Positions 58,803 to 59,269 of a stretch of 59,269 nucleotides of DNA are shown in pieces (the stretch's first letter is position 1; each line of letters begins with the position of its first letter). A program made the position numbers and the translations under genes. Source of the stretch: Patescibacteria group bacterium (lineage in GTDB: Bacteria; Patescibacteriota; Patescibacteriia; UBA9934); the NCBI GenBank assembly GCA_018062825.1, contig JAGORL010000003.1, forward strand, positions 138,333 to 197,601. The letters run 5' to 3'. The notes beneath the pieces were generated by a model, which was not told where the DNA came from, ran no database searches, and saw nothing but the letters and a program-made list of their open reading frames with translations.

Positions 58803-58892
58803 TTAAGTTTTGAACAAGGGGTAGAGTACACAACTCTTCCTAACTTGCCAAGAGTCAAAAACCCCTCTATAATCTCCCCGCATGTTTCCATG

Positions 58893-58980
58893 CGCGCGGA
58901 TGGTGGAATTGGTAGACACGCTACTTTGAGGGGGTAGTGGCAGCAATGCCGTGGAGGTTCGAGTCCTCTTCCGCGCACCA
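58893..58980 (+). tRNA. tRNA-Leu (anticodon GAG), CCA encoded
   Basis: Acceptor GCGCGGA/TCCGCGC, anticodon stem CTACT/GGTAG with loop TTGAGGG, long variable arm, T-arm GGAGG-TTCGAGT-CCTCT. Confidence 0.88.
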
Positions 58981-59072
58981 TAAGGCAGAAACCGTAAGGT
59001 TTCTGTTTTATATTTCCACTTGCGCATTCGTTTTGTTTTGCGTAAACTGCACCCGTTCCGTAGCCCGATTGA

Positions 59073-59148
59073 GGGCCTTTAGCTCAGCTGGTAGAGCGCT
59101 TCCATGGCATGGAAGAGGTCAGCGGTTCGATCCCGCTAAGGTCCACCA
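59073..59148 (+). tRNA. tRNA-Ala (anticodon GGC), CCA encoded
   Basis: Acceptor GGGCCTT/AAGGTCC with the G3:U70 identity pair, anticodon loop ATGGCAT, T-arm AGCGG-TTCGATC-CCGCT. Confidence 0.9.
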
Positions 59149-59154
59149 TAAAAA

Positions 59155-59269
59155 CTTCATATAATTTCCTCTGGCAGTGTCGTCAGCCTTGGGCACGGAT
59201 TCAACGTACATTTGCAGTACGTTTCGTCCTGCGCGAGACCGTCTCCTGGCTAGTGAAAATTATATGAGG
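59155..59269 (+). repeat. tRNA-linked hairpin-bracketed element, copy E4 (reaches the window end)
   Basis: Outer inverted repeat CTTCATATAATTTCC / GAAAATTATATGAGG. The core is near-identical to E2 (GTGTCGTC.GCCTTGGGC.CGGA.TCAACGTACATTTG.AGTACGTTTCGTCCTG). Confidence 0.75.

Noticed and set aside
1-59269. CRISPR arrays, transposases/IS elements, integrases, prophage genes and rRNA operons
   Set aside because: I looked for regularly spaced direct repeats, DDE/serine/tyrosine recombinase motifs and rRNA signatures and found none. The only repeats are the tRNA-linked elements, the ~55 nt dispersed repeat and the G-rich tracts reported above.

Overview
This 59.3 kb window looks like a chromosomal segment from a small-genome, CPR/Patescibacteria-like bacterium; that placement is an inference from gene content and style. 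Genes are densely packed and mostly housekeeping. They include five aminoacyl-tRNA synthetases (ileS, valS, tyrS, argS, trpS), RNase J, rplS, secG, ruvA, a CCA-adding enzyme, RNase P RNA and six tRNAs. Other blocks are a non-oxidative pentose-phosphate and sugar-kinase cluster (split transketolase, rpe, rpiB, two PfkB kinases, an aldolase-like gene), a cell-envelope glycosyltransferase cluster with two very large surface proteins, and a DsbA/VKOR disulfide-bond system.

Several non-standard layers sit on top of this backbone:
1. At least six short islands are visibly G+C-rich with strong GC3 codon bias. They carry orphan genes and a thymidine kinase. The orphan-gene islands have promoters resembling those of the backbone genes (most with the extended -10 TGCTAnnnT seen at rnpB) and intrinsic terminators.
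2. One island (about 14.78-16.66 kb, minus strand) begins with a roughly 700 nt ORF-less, hairpin-dense segment that has its own good promoter. I read this as a candidate large structured RNA. It is followed by an orphan 195 aa gene and a small basic ORF with an intrinsic terminator inside its reading frame.
3. A family of about 120-130 nt elements lies immediately 3' of three tRNA genes. They share a conserved core, but each copy is closed by a different perfectly paired outer helix, which is a covariation-like pattern.
4. There is a dispersed intergenic repeat, and there are C-free G/A/T tracts that are always G-rich on the plus strand.
5. Promoter-to-ATG spacing suggests many mRNAs are leaderless.

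I found no CRISPR array, transposase, integrase or rRNA. All functional calls come from motif recognition by eye in the supplied translations; no searches were run.
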